Assembly: GCA_034003955.1 (NCBI GenBank)
Contig: JAVEXO010000012.1
Span: 337-64,336, forward strand
Reading direction: 5' to 3'
Source: Spirochaetia bacterium
Lineage (GTDB): Bacteria > Spirochaetota > Spirochaetia > Treponematales > UBA12059
Length of the DNA: 64,000 nt
Below are positions 1-9,398 of this stretch, in pieces. The notes beneath the pieces are model-generated. The model saw only the letters and a program-made list of their open reading frames with translations, was not told the DNA's origin and made no database searches. Position 1 is the first letter of the stretch; each line of letters starts with the position of its first letter. The translations under genes and the position numbers were made by a program.

Positions 1-830
1 TTACAGGCCAGAGCCCTGTTAAGATAGTCGTAGGCCGTGATACGCATACCCGGGCCCCCGCCCATGTTGTATGCCCGTCGCCAGAACTCTGAATCGGGCG
101 CCACATCCAGGCACTTAACCAGGCCGAAGCCCGCGTCGCGGCTTGTCACATTTTCCATGCACGAGGCAAGGGGCATGTGGAACATGATGGGATCCATGAG
201 GCTCATGTAGTCGGCATAGTCTATGGGCATGATGTATGTCATGCGGAGGCTTACCCAGTGCTTGATGCTTGACTCGAGCACGGCTCGTTCACCCGCTATC
301 TTGGTGGCGGCGTAGAAATCGTAGATTGAAGGCTTTAGTGGATCGCCAATGCGGCCCCAGTGTAGGGGCGGCATGCGGTCTCCTGTTTCGGCCACCGTAC
401 CGGTATAGGCCAACAGTATGTTGTCGATTCCGTTTGGTTCTTCCTCTATGGCCTTGACGATGTGGCGGATGCCTTCTGTATTGACCAGCCGTGCCTGTTC
501 TGGATGATAGTCGGCCTGGGGAGATATGAAGGCCATCGCATCGAGGACGGCGTCCACGCCTGCTATAGTCGCCTTGACATCATCGTACGAGCCAGCGTCT
601 CCCCATTGTATTGAAAGACCTGTGCCACTGGCCCGTCCGGGGCCTTTTGAGTCAGGAATCCCTGCCGCCCTGGCATAGGGAGCAAACAGCCTCCTGTTCT
701 TTTTTGACGGGCGTAGGAGGAGCACGATGTCAAACTCGGCGCGGCGTTCCCACAATGACTTGAAGGCCTCGAAACCCATGGTGCCGGAGCCGCCGAACAG
801 GGCGACTATGCGCTTGTGTGTAGCGCTCAT
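1..830 (-). CDS. NAD(P)-binding Rossmann-fold oxidoreductase (SDR/epimerase-like); C-terminus lies beyond the window edge
   Basis: An open minus-strand frame runs from ATG at 830-828 to the window edge. It is absent from the ORF track because it has no stop. The N-terminus MSATHKRIVALFGGSGTMGFEAF carries a GxxGxxG motif. ATGA start/stop overlap with the upstream gene at 827-830. Confidence 0.6.
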   Translation of the reverse strand, partial: MSATHKRIVALFGGSGTMGFEAFKSLWERRAEFDIVLLLRPSKKNRRLFAPYARAAGIPDSKGPGRASGTGLSIQWGDAGSYDDVKATIAGVDAVLDAMAFISPQADYHPEQARLVNTEGIRHIVKAIEEEPNGIDNILLAYTGTVAETGDRMPPLHWGRIGDPLKPSIYDFYAATKIAGERAVLESSIKHWVSLRMTYIMPIDYADYMSLMDPIMFHMPLASCMENVTSRDAGFGLVKCLDVAPDSEFWRRAYNMGGGPGMRITAYDYLNRALAC

Positions 831-1822
831 GTTGTGGCTCTCCGTTCAGGGCTGATGCATGCGGCGACCGTCTTGCGGATTGCGGCTCTGACGTCGTCGT
901 GGCCGTATCCTAGCGCCTGCATGGCGGGTTCTGGATCGATATAGGCGTCCCTGTACATGATCTCGGCCAAGGCTATGAGGTCAAGGCCGCCTTCCTTGCC
1001 ATGCCGTGCATGATCCATCGCTATGCTTAAGTTTCCAAGTTTATAAAGAATTTTTGGTATATGGATGACCCTGGCCTTTTGCCCCATCGCATCCAGTAAA
1101 AGGGGGATGAACTCTGACCAGGGCATGTTCACTCCGCCTATAGGATAGGATGTCCCGCCGACTCCACGTTCAAGGGCTCCTGCTGCGGCAGCGGCCACCT
1201 GCTCCACGGTAACCATGGCAGTTCCACCGTGCTTCTGTGGATACATGACCGTCTTACCCATGCCAGAAAGGATGTCTAGTAGGAAAGTCCACAGGGGTAT
1301 CCGCCCGGGCATGGTGCCGAAGATATAGGGTAGTTCAAGAACGACCGTTTCCATGCCGTGACCAGACTCGGCGAGTACCGCAGAGCGCTGTTCGTCTCGG
1401 CTTCTAATGTAGCAGTGCTTCTCTGTGAGCTTCAGTTCCGGCCAGAGCCTGTCGCAGTAAGTAAAGTAGGAGCCATAGACGACTATCTTCTTGACGCCGG
1501 CACTCCGCGCAAGGTGGACAAGCCTCATGCATTGGTCGACATTGGCCTCCCTGAACTTGGGGTAGGCTGGTTTGTCGACAAAGACCCTGTCGTCGAGCCC
1601 CGCGGCGTACATGAAGCCTTCCTTGCCTTCAAGCATTGCCATGATGTCCGTGTCCGATAGCTCGAATACATTGCCTAGGTGACATGGCACAGAATCGGGC
1701 AAGAGCTCCTTTTGAGGCATGGGTGGTAGAGCGATGGTAGAGACTGTGTGCCCCCGCTCGAGTAATGTGCGTATTGTGTAGTACCCTAAGAATCCAGTAC
1801 CCCCGACCATGAACGTGTTCAT
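827..1822 (-). CDS. NAD-dependent epimerase/dehydratase family protein
   Basis: 331-aa ORF. N-terminal MNTFMVGGTGFLGYYTIRTLLERGH is the GxxGxxG Rossmann motif of extended SDRs. Its stop overlaps the start of the next gene. Confidence 0.8.
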   Translation of the reverse strand: MNTFMVGGTGFLGYYTIRTLLERGHTVSTIALPPMPQKELLPDSVPCHLGNVFELSDTDIMAMLEGKEGFMYAAGLDDRVFVDKPAYPKFREANVDQCMRLVHLARSAGVKKIVVYGSYFTYCDRLWPELKLTEKHCYIRSRDEQRSAVLAESGHGMETVVLELPYIFGTMPGRIPLWTFLLDILSGMGKTVMYPQKHGGTAMVTVEQVAAAAAGALERGVGGTSYPIGGVNMPWSEFIPLLLDAMGQKARVIHIPKILYKLGNLSIAMDHARHGKEGGLDLIALAEIMYRDAYIDPEPAMQALGYGHDDVRAAIRKTVAACISPERRATT

Positions 1823-1975
1823 AGTACCCCCGCTTGGAGCTAGTAGTGATGAACCTCTGTTATAGGGCTCATGTATCTATAATCGCAAAACAATCATAGG
1901 GCCGTATCTGCGGGTGAGCAAGCACTCGTTTGGACCATCTTGCTGGCTCATTGCAATAATCGTATATTCTAGACC

Positions 1976-2674
1976 ATGAGCGATAGGCAGAAGCGACTAG
2001 TATCAATAATCGCATTTCCGGCTCTCTTGGGTACACTGGGCATCCTTGCATACATCTTTCGAGCAGACTTATTCGGGCTCTTCAGGTCTGCCGAGTCAAT
2101 ACGCGCATGGATAGCCGCCAGGGGATCCTTGGCTCCTCTGGCTTTCATTGGCCTTCAAATTCTGCAGGTAATAGTATTTGTGATTCCAGGCGAGGTCGTC
2201 CAGGTGGCTGGAGGATTTGCGTTTGGCCTCTGGCTGGGCACGCTCTGGTCGGTACTTGGCATACTTGCAGGCTCGCTCGTCAATTTTATGGTAGGGCGGC
2301 TCTTGGGCCGTCCCTTTGCCTTGGCTGTTCTGGGGAAAGATAAGATGGATAAAATAGAGGCGGCGACTAAGGGCGGCAGGGTAAGCGCAGGCTTTCTTCT
2401 GCTTTTTACCATACCCGGTATTCCAAAGGACGCGCTTACCTATGCGGCCGGCGCCAGCAGCCTGGGCTTTGGTACGTTCATAGCGGTTTCTACTCTAGGC
2501 CGCTTGCCAGGCATTGTAGGCAGCTCATTCATGGGTTCAGCCGTCTTTGACAAGGACTACATGCTTGTTATAGTCATATTGTCAATCGCCCTGGCCTTGT
2601 TGTTTATGGGCTTGTTCTTTCGCCAGCGTCTGCATAGCCTCGTAGAGCGAATACTGTCTAGGCGCGAGCGTTAG
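1976..2674 (+). CDS. TVP38/TMEM64 (DedA-related, SNARE-associated) membrane protein
   Basis: 232-aa multi-TM ORF with the family-typical segment VIPGEVVQVAGGFAFGLWLGTLWSVLGILAGSLVNFMVGRLLGRPF. Confidence 0.8.
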   Translation: MSDRQKRLVSIIAFPALLGTLGILAYIFRADLFGLFRSAESIRAWIAARGSLAPLAFIGLQILQVIVFVIPGEVVQVAGGFAFGLWLGTLWSVLGILAGSLVNFMVGRLLGRPFALAVLGKDKMDKIEAATKGGRVSAGFLLLFTIPGIPKDALTYAAGASSLGFGTFIAVSTLGRLPGIVGSSFMGSAVFDKDYMLVIVILSIALALLFMGLFFRQRLHSLVERILSRRER

Positions 2675-3818
2675 AAGCGATAGCCCGCTGTAGCCACCTG
2701 GTCTCGGCACCATCCACTATTTTGGTCTTCTTCCAGGGTAGAGAGGATTTCTGTCCCGGCTCTGAGCCGATGAGGCTACCGAATTCCTCCCTGTCTACGA
2801 CGAAGCACATGTCCCACTTAGCAAAACGCTTTGAGAACGCTCCGAGTGATGCATACAGGGCATCAGCCTCCGCCGGAGTTCCTAGTCGCTTGCCATAGGG
2901 AGGATCGGTGATTATGAAGCCTTTATCGGCGAAGGGTGCCGCTTCCTCGGCCTTGGCCTTGAAGAAACGGATCCTGTCGCCTACCTTTGCTAGGCCGGCG
3001 TTGGCAAGTGCCGAGTCAAGGACTGCCTGGCTGAGGTCAGAACCGGCTATAAGCACATCCCTGTCAAGATTGACGGCCGCTCTGGCCTTTTCCTTGGCTG
3101 CGGCTATAGCCATGGATCCACCATCAGGCATCATCTCCCAGGAGAAATTGCGGCCTAAGCCTGGTGCTATGTCGAAGGCATACAAGGCTGCCTCTATTGG
3201 TATGGTGCCTGAACCACAGAAGGGATCGTACAAGGCGAAGGATCGTCTCCAGCCCGACATGAAGAGTACGGCCGCCGCCAGGCTTTCCTTGAGCGGTGCC
3301 TCGGTTGGGTACTTGCGGTAGCCGCGTCTGGAAAGTGCTTCGCCACAGAGATCCAGCTCGACGGTGGCTATATTCTTGTCTATGCGAACCCGGGTAAGAA
3401 CGGTGTTTCCAGATTCTGGCATGCGGTTGACACCGTATTTTGAACAGAGGCGGTCGTAGGCCGCTTTTTGCCCTACAGACTGTATGGAACTCTGGGAGTC
3501 GAGTGTAGAATGAAGTGAGCGGGCCTTCTCTATGACGAGTCGATCATGAGGGCCAATCCAGCGTTCCCAGGGAATGGAGGCAAAGCCTTCAAATAACTGA
3601 TCAAAGTCTCCTGCCGGGAACATGCCAGCCTCAAGGAAGACACGGTCTACGGTGCGTAGGCCAACGAGGGCCTTACCCAGGCCCGCCGAGTCTGTCTCAA
3701 AGCCTACTCTTCCGGCTGAGCGGGCACCGGGGACGAGGCCTAGACGCTCCAGTTCGGCGGCTACCACCTTTTCTATGCCTACGGCGCATGAAGCCGAAAC
3801 TTTCATCGTTGTTTTCAT
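2658..3818 (-). CDS. THUMP-domain class I SAM-dependent RNA methyltransferase (RlmL/UPF0020-like)
   Basis: SAM fold with a DPPYG(K) catalytic motif (IITDPPYGKRLG) and GSGT(I) SAM loop, plus an N-terminal THUMP-like region. Start moved to MKTTMKV (3818). The 29 upstream codons in the track ORF look like read-through. Confidence 0.8.
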   Translation of the reverse strand: MKTTMKVSASCAVGIEKVVAAELERLGLVPGARSAGRVGFETDSAGLGKALVGLRTVDRVFLEAGMFPAGDFDQLFEGFASIPWERWIGPHDRLVIEKARSLHSTLDSQSSIQSVGQKAAYDRLCSKYGVNRMPESGNTVLTRVRIDKNIATVELDLCGEALSRRGYRKYPTEAPLKESLAAAVLFMSGWRRSFALYDPFCGSGTIPIEAALYAFDIAPGLGRNFSWEMMPDGGSMAIAAAKEKARAAVNLDRDVLIAGSDLSQAVLDSALANAGLAKVGDRIRFFKAKAEEAAPFADKGFIITDPPYGKRLGTPAEADALYASLGAFSKRFAKWDMCFVVDREEFGSLIGSEPGQKSSLPWKKTKIVDGAETRWLQRAIASNARA

Positions 3819-3898
3819 GCTTGCAGTATGCGTCGGAGGGTCGTCTCGGTGCAAGGTCTGGTGACTAGAAGGAAGGCTAAAAATACCCCTACGTCCGC

Positions 3899-3927
3899 TT
3901 GACACTCCCTCCCCATCTCGCTAAAAT
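3899..3927 (+). promoter_or_regulatory. sigma-70-type promoter for tRNA-Ala
   Basis: TTGACA (3899-3904), 17-nt spacer, TAAAAT (3922-3927). The tRNA 5' end is 13 nt downstream. Confidence 0.65.
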
Positions 3928-3939
3928 GCCACTCGCCTT

Positions 3940-4012
<73 letters not shown>

Positions 4013-4015
4013 CAT

Positions 4016-4059
4016 AGCAAAACAAAAGGACCGCCAGTAGGCGGTCCTTTTGTTTTGCT
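4016..4059. terminator. Perfect 20-bp hairpin (bidirectional intrinsic-terminator-like) after tRNA-Ala
   Basis: AGCAAAACAAAAGGACCGCC-AGTA-GGCGGTCCTTTTGTTTTGCT. A/T runs lie on both sides. Confidence 0.75.
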
Positions 4060-4454
4060 AACCAGAATGGAGTGAGGGGAATTGAACGGTACGAGCGCGC
4101 GCCGAGAGGCGCGAAAAGGCGCCAGGGATGGCGCCGAAAGCGAGTACCGCGGGCTGGAGGCTCGAGCCACGGGGGCGAGAGTCGGAAGCCAATTCCCTCG
4201 CCGGTATCCCCCGGCGAGTTTAGAACAAGCCTTATACCAGTTCGCCAGTAGGCGGTCCTTTTGTTTTGCTAACCAGAATGGAGTGAGGGGAATTGAACGG
4301 TACGAGCGCGCGCCGAGAGGCGCGAAAAGGCGCCAGGGATGGCGCCGAAAGCGAGTACCGCGGGCTGGAGGCTCGAGCCACGAGGGCGAGAGTCGGAAGC
4401 CAATTCCCTCGCCGGTATCCCCCGGCGAGCTTAGCACAGGCCTATAGTCGCCTA
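4033..4454. repeat. Tandem direct repeat, 2 x 211 bp, near-identical
   Basis: Copy 1 is 4033-4243 and copy 2 is 4244-4454, with only a few substitutions (for example ccacgGgggcg versus ccacgAgggcg). A partial third unit at about 4455-4480 has the hairpin loop inverted (GCCAGTAGGC versus GCCTACTGGC). Confidence 0.9.
4068..4218. ncRNA. Candidate structured RNA element, copy 1 (copy 2 at 4279-4429); class unknown
   Basis: Nested helices read off the sequence. P1: GAGGGGAATTG (4074-4084) with CAATTCCCTC (4190-4199). P2: GGTACGAGC (4088-4096) with GCGAGTACC (4140-4148), containing tandem G-A mismatches. Hairpin CGCGCC-GAGA-GGCGCG (4098-4113, GNRA loop). Hairpin GGCGCC-AGGGAT-GGCGCC (4118-4135). 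Hairpin CTCGCCGG-TATCCC-CCGGCGAG (4197-4218). Strand not determined. Confidence 0.35.
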
Positions 4455-4543
4455 CTGGCGGTCTTTTTTATTTGCTAATCCTGCAAGGAGTGTCGCACGA
4501 GTGCTTGCAGGGGAAATGAAGGGTTTATTCAGATATTGTTTGT

Positions 4544-5563
4544 TTGATTAAATCAAGTAATTCATTACACTTATATATAGAGGTATTTTGCTTGAAAGAT
4601 GATTACCATACCATTCTAGAGCTTGTGAACTCGTACAAGTCTATGCCGCTTGTGTATTCAGGATGTCAGCAGGTTCTATCCTCACGCATGCCGGCCGACA
4701 ACATGTATGTTAGTATCGCCGAGAAGGATGGGTTTCGTTTTCCCTTCTTCCTGGATAATTTTGAGCCCGAAGATCCCTTGTTGCTCTATCCCAAGGAGGG
4801 TTTAACCGCCTACGTGATGGACACAAAGGAAAAATACTGGATGTCTCAGGATCCAGAACCGCCTGTAAGGTATAGGGCCGTTGGGCCTTCTCCCCAGGAT
4901 TGGCTGGGCGTGCCGCTGATATCTCGCAATGGAGAGGCTATAGGAGTTCTAGGCGTCCAGACTTACGAGCCGGGAATGCTGTATACCCATGCAAACCTGG
5001 AGTTTCTTGAGTACACAGCCGATGCTCTTTCTCTGGCCATCCAGCTGTCCAGTCAGGACAGGGAAATAGCCATTCGCCGTATCGCAGCCTTGGTGGATGA
5101 AACGGTCGATATTGATGATCTGTACGCCAGTATCCATGAAATCATGCGGAGCGTCATACCGGCTTCAAAAAAGAACATCATCATTGCCAGGGTAGACGAA
5201 GAGGCGGGGCTATTCCGTCCCGTATACTGGAAGGATGAAAAAGACGATTTCGATGCCATGATCTGGCCGCTTGATCGTGGTTTTAGTGGGCATATTTATC
5301 GGGTGTCTCGATCTTCTTACATTCATGAGACTGGCACAACGCCTATGCCATCTGACGTCACCCCAATAGGCTGTCCCCCGTCTCATTGGCTAGGATCTCC
5401 ACTCTTTAGTGGCAATACTATCATAGGCATCGTCGTCATTCAGTCGTATGATCCTAACGAGATAATTACCAAGGAAGATGAGTACGCGCTCAAGGGTATA
5501 TGCCCATATATTGCGACAGCCATAGGGCAGACCGAGCTCTTTAGTCAGATGCTCAGACCTTAA
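4544..5563 (+). CDS. Tandem GAF-domain protein with no recognisable output domain
   Basis: Two GAF-like cores: WLGVPLISRNGEAIGVLGVQTYEP and WLGSPLFSGNTIIGIVVIQSYDP. The start is uncertain: TTG at 4544, TTG at 4592 (preceded by AGAGG) or ATG at 4643. Confidence 0.65.
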   Translation: MIKSSNSLHLYIEVFCLKDDYHTILELVNSYKSMPLVYSGCQQVLSSRMPADNMYVSIAEKDGFRFPFFLDNFEPEDPLLLYPKEGLTAYVMDTKEKYWMSQDPEPPVRYRAVGPSPQDWLGVPLISRNGEAIGVLGVQTYEPGMLYTHANLEFLEYTADALSLAIQLSSQDREIAIRRIAALVDETVDIDDLYASIHEIMRSVIPASKKNIIIARVDEEAGLFRPVYWKDEKDDFDAMIWPLDRGFSGHIYRVSRSSYIHETGTTPMPSDVTPIGCPPSHWLGSPLFSGNTIIGIVVIQSYDPNEIITKEDEYALKGICPYIATAIGQTELFSQMLRP

Positions 5564-5580
5564 GGTGTTTAGAGCTTTGT

Positions 5581-5609
5581 TTGCACAGTAAAGGTTCTTG
5601 TACTATACT
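5581..5609 (+). promoter_or_regulatory. sigma-70-type promoter upstream of the 552-aa orphan gene
   Basis: TTGCAC, 17-nt spacer, TATACT, about 55 nt upstream of ATG 5665. Confidence 0.5.
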
Positions 5610-5664
5610 CATGGTGACCAGTGAGTCCTAAGGAGAATCAAAAACCAATACTGGACGGTGCTAG

Positions 5665-7323
5665 ATGTCTGATGAGATAGATCCTGAGATTGCGGCCCTT
5701 CTGGGTGGCGACATAGAAACATATTCGTCAAAGCCTTCATCCCGTGCGGCAACGAACAGCCCTAGCTTTGAGGCCCTGTTCGGTGGCATGAGTGTTTCCG
5801 GAGATCTGGAAACCAAGGGTGAATTTGAGGTGGACCTTTCAAAGAAGGCATTCGAGCCGGTAGCCAATTTTGAGGCCGACCCACCCAACGTATTTTTTGA
5901 AGATGCTCAGTACTACCAGAAGGCCTTGGCTGGAGAGGGAGAACTATCCCAGCGTTTCCACGAGCTTTTAAAGAAGTATTTACAGGCTACCGACCCCAAG
6001 GATAGGGGCATGTATAGGCAGCAAGTCCTGACGGCCTACTGGCACATGGTTTCAAAAATGGTTCCACGGGTAGTAGCCAATGTGCCAGTCGTCCCTAAGC
6101 AGCTCATGGTTAGATTCGGGCTTGCCCTTCCAACGATGATATCGGCAGAGCAGCGCTCTCTATTTTCAAGGGTAATCTACAAGAAAGTAGGCACTGATCC
6201 GGTTTATTATTTAGACGAGTGGCTTAGGTGCGTGACCCTGGGGCAGGTAAACCCCAGTAGCACCGACGAGGTTGGCAGCGCCAAGAATGATGAGCGTACG
6301 CGGTTTAATACCCTCCTTGAGAAGGCTATGGGCAAGAGAGATACCGCAGAGGCATTGCTCAAGGCAAAATCAGAAGAGCGTAAGTCTCTGGAGGGCTCGC
6401 TCCGCGACAGGATAGACATTGTCTGCGAGCATGGTGGTTTGCCTGGATTCTACCAGGTGCCGGCTCCATACACAGAGAGCCAGAAGAAGACGATAGCGGA
6501 GCTTTCTGACATTTTGAGAAAGCTTAATGCCGCCGATAAGGAGCTGGTAACAAGTGTAGAGGCCTTCGAGGACGCTAGCAAGGACGTTCAGACAATCAAG
6601 GAAAAGGTTGGTGCCCTTGGAGAAGATACCAAGGCCAACCTGCAGGCCCTGTCACAGGAATTTGATACCACAAGGCAGATGCTCAAGATGTGTGTTGGGC
6701 GGCAGGGGAATCATTTTCCTCTCGTTACAAAGGAGTATTTTCATCTTAACCTCCGCGAGATGGGCACAAGGGAAAATGTTATTGACACCTTGGCATGGCT
6801 TGAGAGCATAGATTGCCAGGCCTACTGCCGACCCTATAAGAGTACGCTTAACCGTATAGAGCCATTCGTCATCCTGCTACCAAGCTACGGCGATCAGGGT
6901 GTTTGCTGGGAGCCATTCGATAAATTCAACAGGCACACGAGTCGTTCCAGGATAGCCATACCCATGTATCCAAAAAACTTGAAGGTAGCCATAGCAGTAG
7001 CCGTGGCTGACATGCGTTGGCAGGCGGCCAAGGAAAAGGCATCGTATTATTGGATGGAAGAGGGCATTACAGGCCAATACTATCAATGGTTCGTCAAGCA
7101 GAAGCTCAAGGGAGACGTAAAGGAGTTCTTCATCCAGGACTACATTACCTGGATAATGAAGGAAAGCGATGGCATCCAGAAGCTCGACAAGGATGTCCGT
7201 GGTATATTCTGGCGTCTTATGCCCTTTTCTCAGCCTATAAAGGATAAGTTGCGCGACAGGAGCTATGTCTACCAGGAACTATACCAGCGTGACGTAAATA
7301 AAACGCTGTCTGACGGGTATTAG
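5665..7323 (+). CDS. Hypothetical protein, 552 aa (acidic/disordered N-terminus, central coiled-coil-like region, Trp/Tyr-rich C-terminal domain)
   Basis: Long uninterrupted ORF with coding-like composition. I recognise no family motif. Confidence 0.7.
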   Translation: MSDEIDPEIAALLGGDIETYSSKPSSRAATNSPSFEALFGGMSVSGDLETKGEFEVDLSKKAFEPVANFEADPPNVFFEDAQYYQKALAGEGELSQRFHELLKKYLQATDPKDRGMYRQQVLTAYWHMVSKMVPRVVANVPVVPKQLMVRFGLALPTMISAEQRSLFSRVIYKKVGTDPVYYLDEWLRCVTLGQVNPSSTDEVGSAKNDERTRFNTLLEKAMGKRDTAEALLKAKSEERKSLEGSLRDRIDIVCEHGGLPGFYQVPAPYTESQKKTIAELSDILRKLNAADKELVTSVEAFEDASKDVQTIKEKVGALGEDTKANLQALSQEFDTTRQMLKMCVGRQGNHFPLVTKEYFHLNLREMGTRENVIDTLAWLESIDCQAYCRPYKSTLNRIEPFVILLPSYGDQGVCWEPFDKFNRHTSRSRIAIPMYPKNLKVAIAVAVADMRWQAAKEKASYYWMEEGITGQYYQWFVKQKLKGDVKEFFIQDYITWIMKESDGIQKLDKDVRGIFWRLMPFSQPIKDKLRDRSYVYQELYQRDVNKTLSDGY

Positions 7324-7334
7324 TAGTGCTCTTG

Positions 7335-8252
7335 TTAGACCGGTGGTCGAGGGCGTCTGCTTAGACCCTGGCGTCTTCCTTTTTTCCCCTTTGCTAGACT
7401 AGTCGTATATACGCCCCCTATGGCTATGAGCCCTCCCATCATCTGGATGAGGCTCAGTCGTTCTCCCAGTATGACGAATGATGAGGCTACAGAAACGACC
7501 GGTATGAGGTTAATAAATACACTGGAGACACCGGGCCCAAGGGAATCCAGGCTTATTATATAGAATAGGTAGCCTATGGCCGAGCAGAATATACCTAGGT
7601 ATAGCACGTTGGCAACAATCAGGGCAGACATGGCGGACCACGCTATATGCTCGAAGAAGGCGAAGGGCAAGAAGCCCAAGGCACCGAATGCACTCTGCCA
7701 AAATGTTATTTCCAGGCTGTCGTATTTTGCCAGGAGTGGTTTTGTCAAGAATACGTATCCCACCCATGACATGGCCGCCATGCCCATGAATAGGTATCCT
7801 AGGGGTGCCGGGCTCAGTCTGAGTGATTCTATCACTATGAGGGATACGCCTATGGCGGAAAGGCCTGCCCCTCCATATTGAGCCGCGGATATTTTCCCCC
7901 TCATGAATACCCGCTCAGTTATCATGGTAAGTACTGGTATTGTTCCAACAATGATGGAAGCCTCGGAGGCCGAGAGGAGAAGGATGCCGTTATTCTCGCC
8001 CATAAAATACAGGGTTACACCGACCAAGCCTGACCCGGCCATCAGTGGCAGGTCCTTGAGCGTTAGAAGGAAAGGCTTGCGCCTAGCGATGAATACGATG
8101 AATAGCACAATGCTAGCCACTATGAAACGAAACAATCCCAGGCTCATGGGTGGGACGACGGTTACGGCCGTCTTGATGCTGAGGAACGACATGCCCCAGA
8201 TGAAGGCAGTAGCCGTTGCCAGGATTATTGCTGTTTTTTTGCTTGTAGCCAT
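7335..8252 (-). CDS. EamA/DMT-family transporter
   Basis: 305 aa and about 10 TM segments in a duplicated EamA arrangement (N-terminal AIILATATAFIWGMSFLSIK). Confidence 0.85.
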   Translation of the reverse strand: MATSKKTAIILATATAFIWGMSFLSIKTAVTVVPPMSLGLFRFIVASIVLFIVFIARRKPFLLTLKDLPLMAGSGLVGVTLYFMGENNGILLLSASEASIIVGTIPVLTMITERVFMRGKISAAQYGGAGLSAIGVSLIVIESLRLSPAPLGYLFMGMAAMSWVGYVFLTKPLLAKYDSLEITFWQSAFGALGFLPFAFFEHIAWSAMSALIVANVLYLGIFCSAIGYLFYIISLDSLGPGVSSVFINLIPVVSVASSFVILGERLSLIQMMGGLIAIGGVYTTSLAKGKKGRRQGLSRRPRPPV

Positions 8253-8265
8253 ATAGTCGCGTCTC

Positions 8266-9234
8266 CTAGAAAGGTATGGATGCGTTTCCCTGCCATGCCT
8301 CTAAGGCACTGTGGAAACCACCCGCTACACTAAAAAGTTGATTGAGGCTCTCATAGTTGCCTGATAGGAAGGAAGCGCTCAGTGTGCACAGTGTCTGTCT
8401 GCCATAGGTTTTTAGTATCCAGACGGTGAATGCGTTGCAGGAGGAGTAGAATTCTGCAGATTTCTGAGGCATGTCATAGGTGGCCATGATGATCTCGGCC
8501 TCTCGCTTGAGTATATCAGAGTCAGGATCGGTATAGTGGCGTGTCGAGACGGTGGCAAAATCAGACCAAGCCTTATCAATGCTGCCTCCGTTCAGTACGG
8601 AAAGTGAATACATATCGCTGGCGAGCAGGGCGAATACCTCGTCTATGAATCTGAAGGCGAATCGTATGTCAGGATCGAATGATCCGTCATTACTGAATAT
8701 AATCGCCACCGAAGCAGGTGCGTTTACCGCCGCTATCGCATGGGTGTATGCGTGCAAGACAGATTTATGCCATTGCTCATCGGCGTTGACGAATACGTAT
8801 GAGCCATCCTGAGCCGTGACTGAGCTACTTACGAGCTCGTTGGCGTAGAAGTTGGTGCTGATCGATCTAAACAGGGTAAAATCGGATGATGGTCTATTCC
8901 GTAGGCGTTTCTTGACGAGTGGATCGTTGGCGCTTATGACGCCATAGTGTCTTTCTGCCATGAAATAAGCCGCCGGTCCCTTGTTTGGCCTAGTCTGTAT
9001 AAGGCCGGCTTTCAAGAGGAATCCAAGCGTGGCTGTGTCTATGTCTTTGACAATATCATCCCGTAGGTTCTTGCCTATGTACTTGTCTAAGAAAACAGGA
9101 GTCTCATCGATACGAGTCTCTATGAAGCGGCTCTGAACTCCGGGCGATGCAAGCATGACTATGGATAGTATCAGTGCTGAGCCTAGGCAGAGAATTATCA
9201 GCTTTTTAACAGTATCTATGAGTCTTGAATTCAC
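8266..9234 (-). CDS. Hypothetical membrane-anchored/secreted protein
   Basis: Start re-set to GTG 9234 (GAGG 8 nt upstream), giving MNSRLIDTVKKLIILCLGSALILSIVMLASP as signal/anchor. The longer track ORF (to 9483) would overlap the divergent gene. Confidence 0.55.
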   Translation of the reverse strand: MNSRLIDTVKKLIILCLGSALILSIVMLASPGVQSRFIETRIDETPVFLDKYIGKNLRDDIVKDIDTATLGFLLKAGLIQTRPNKGPAAYFMAERHYGVISANDPLVKKRLRNRPSSDFTLFRSISTNFYANELVSSSVTAQDGSYVFVNADEQWHKSVLHAYTHAIAAVNAPASVAIIFSNDGSFDPDIRFAFRFIDEVFALLASDMYSLSVLNGGSIDKAWSDFATVSTRHYTDPDSDILKREAEIIMATYDMPQKSAEFYSSCNAFTVWILKTYGRQTLCTLSASFLSGNYESLNQLFSVAGGFHSALEAWQGNASIPF

Positions 9235-9398
9235 CTTATAACCTCGCGGCGGAATAGTAGCCCTTGGCGCTCTGGATGCGCAAGAGTAGGCTAAGCGATA
9301 GCCTATCCGGATTTGACCATTATGCGTAATACTTGCATAATGGGCGGTCTCCGGAGTAGCGAAAGCTTCCGTGCTGCATGGAGAAAAAGGAGAACTGT

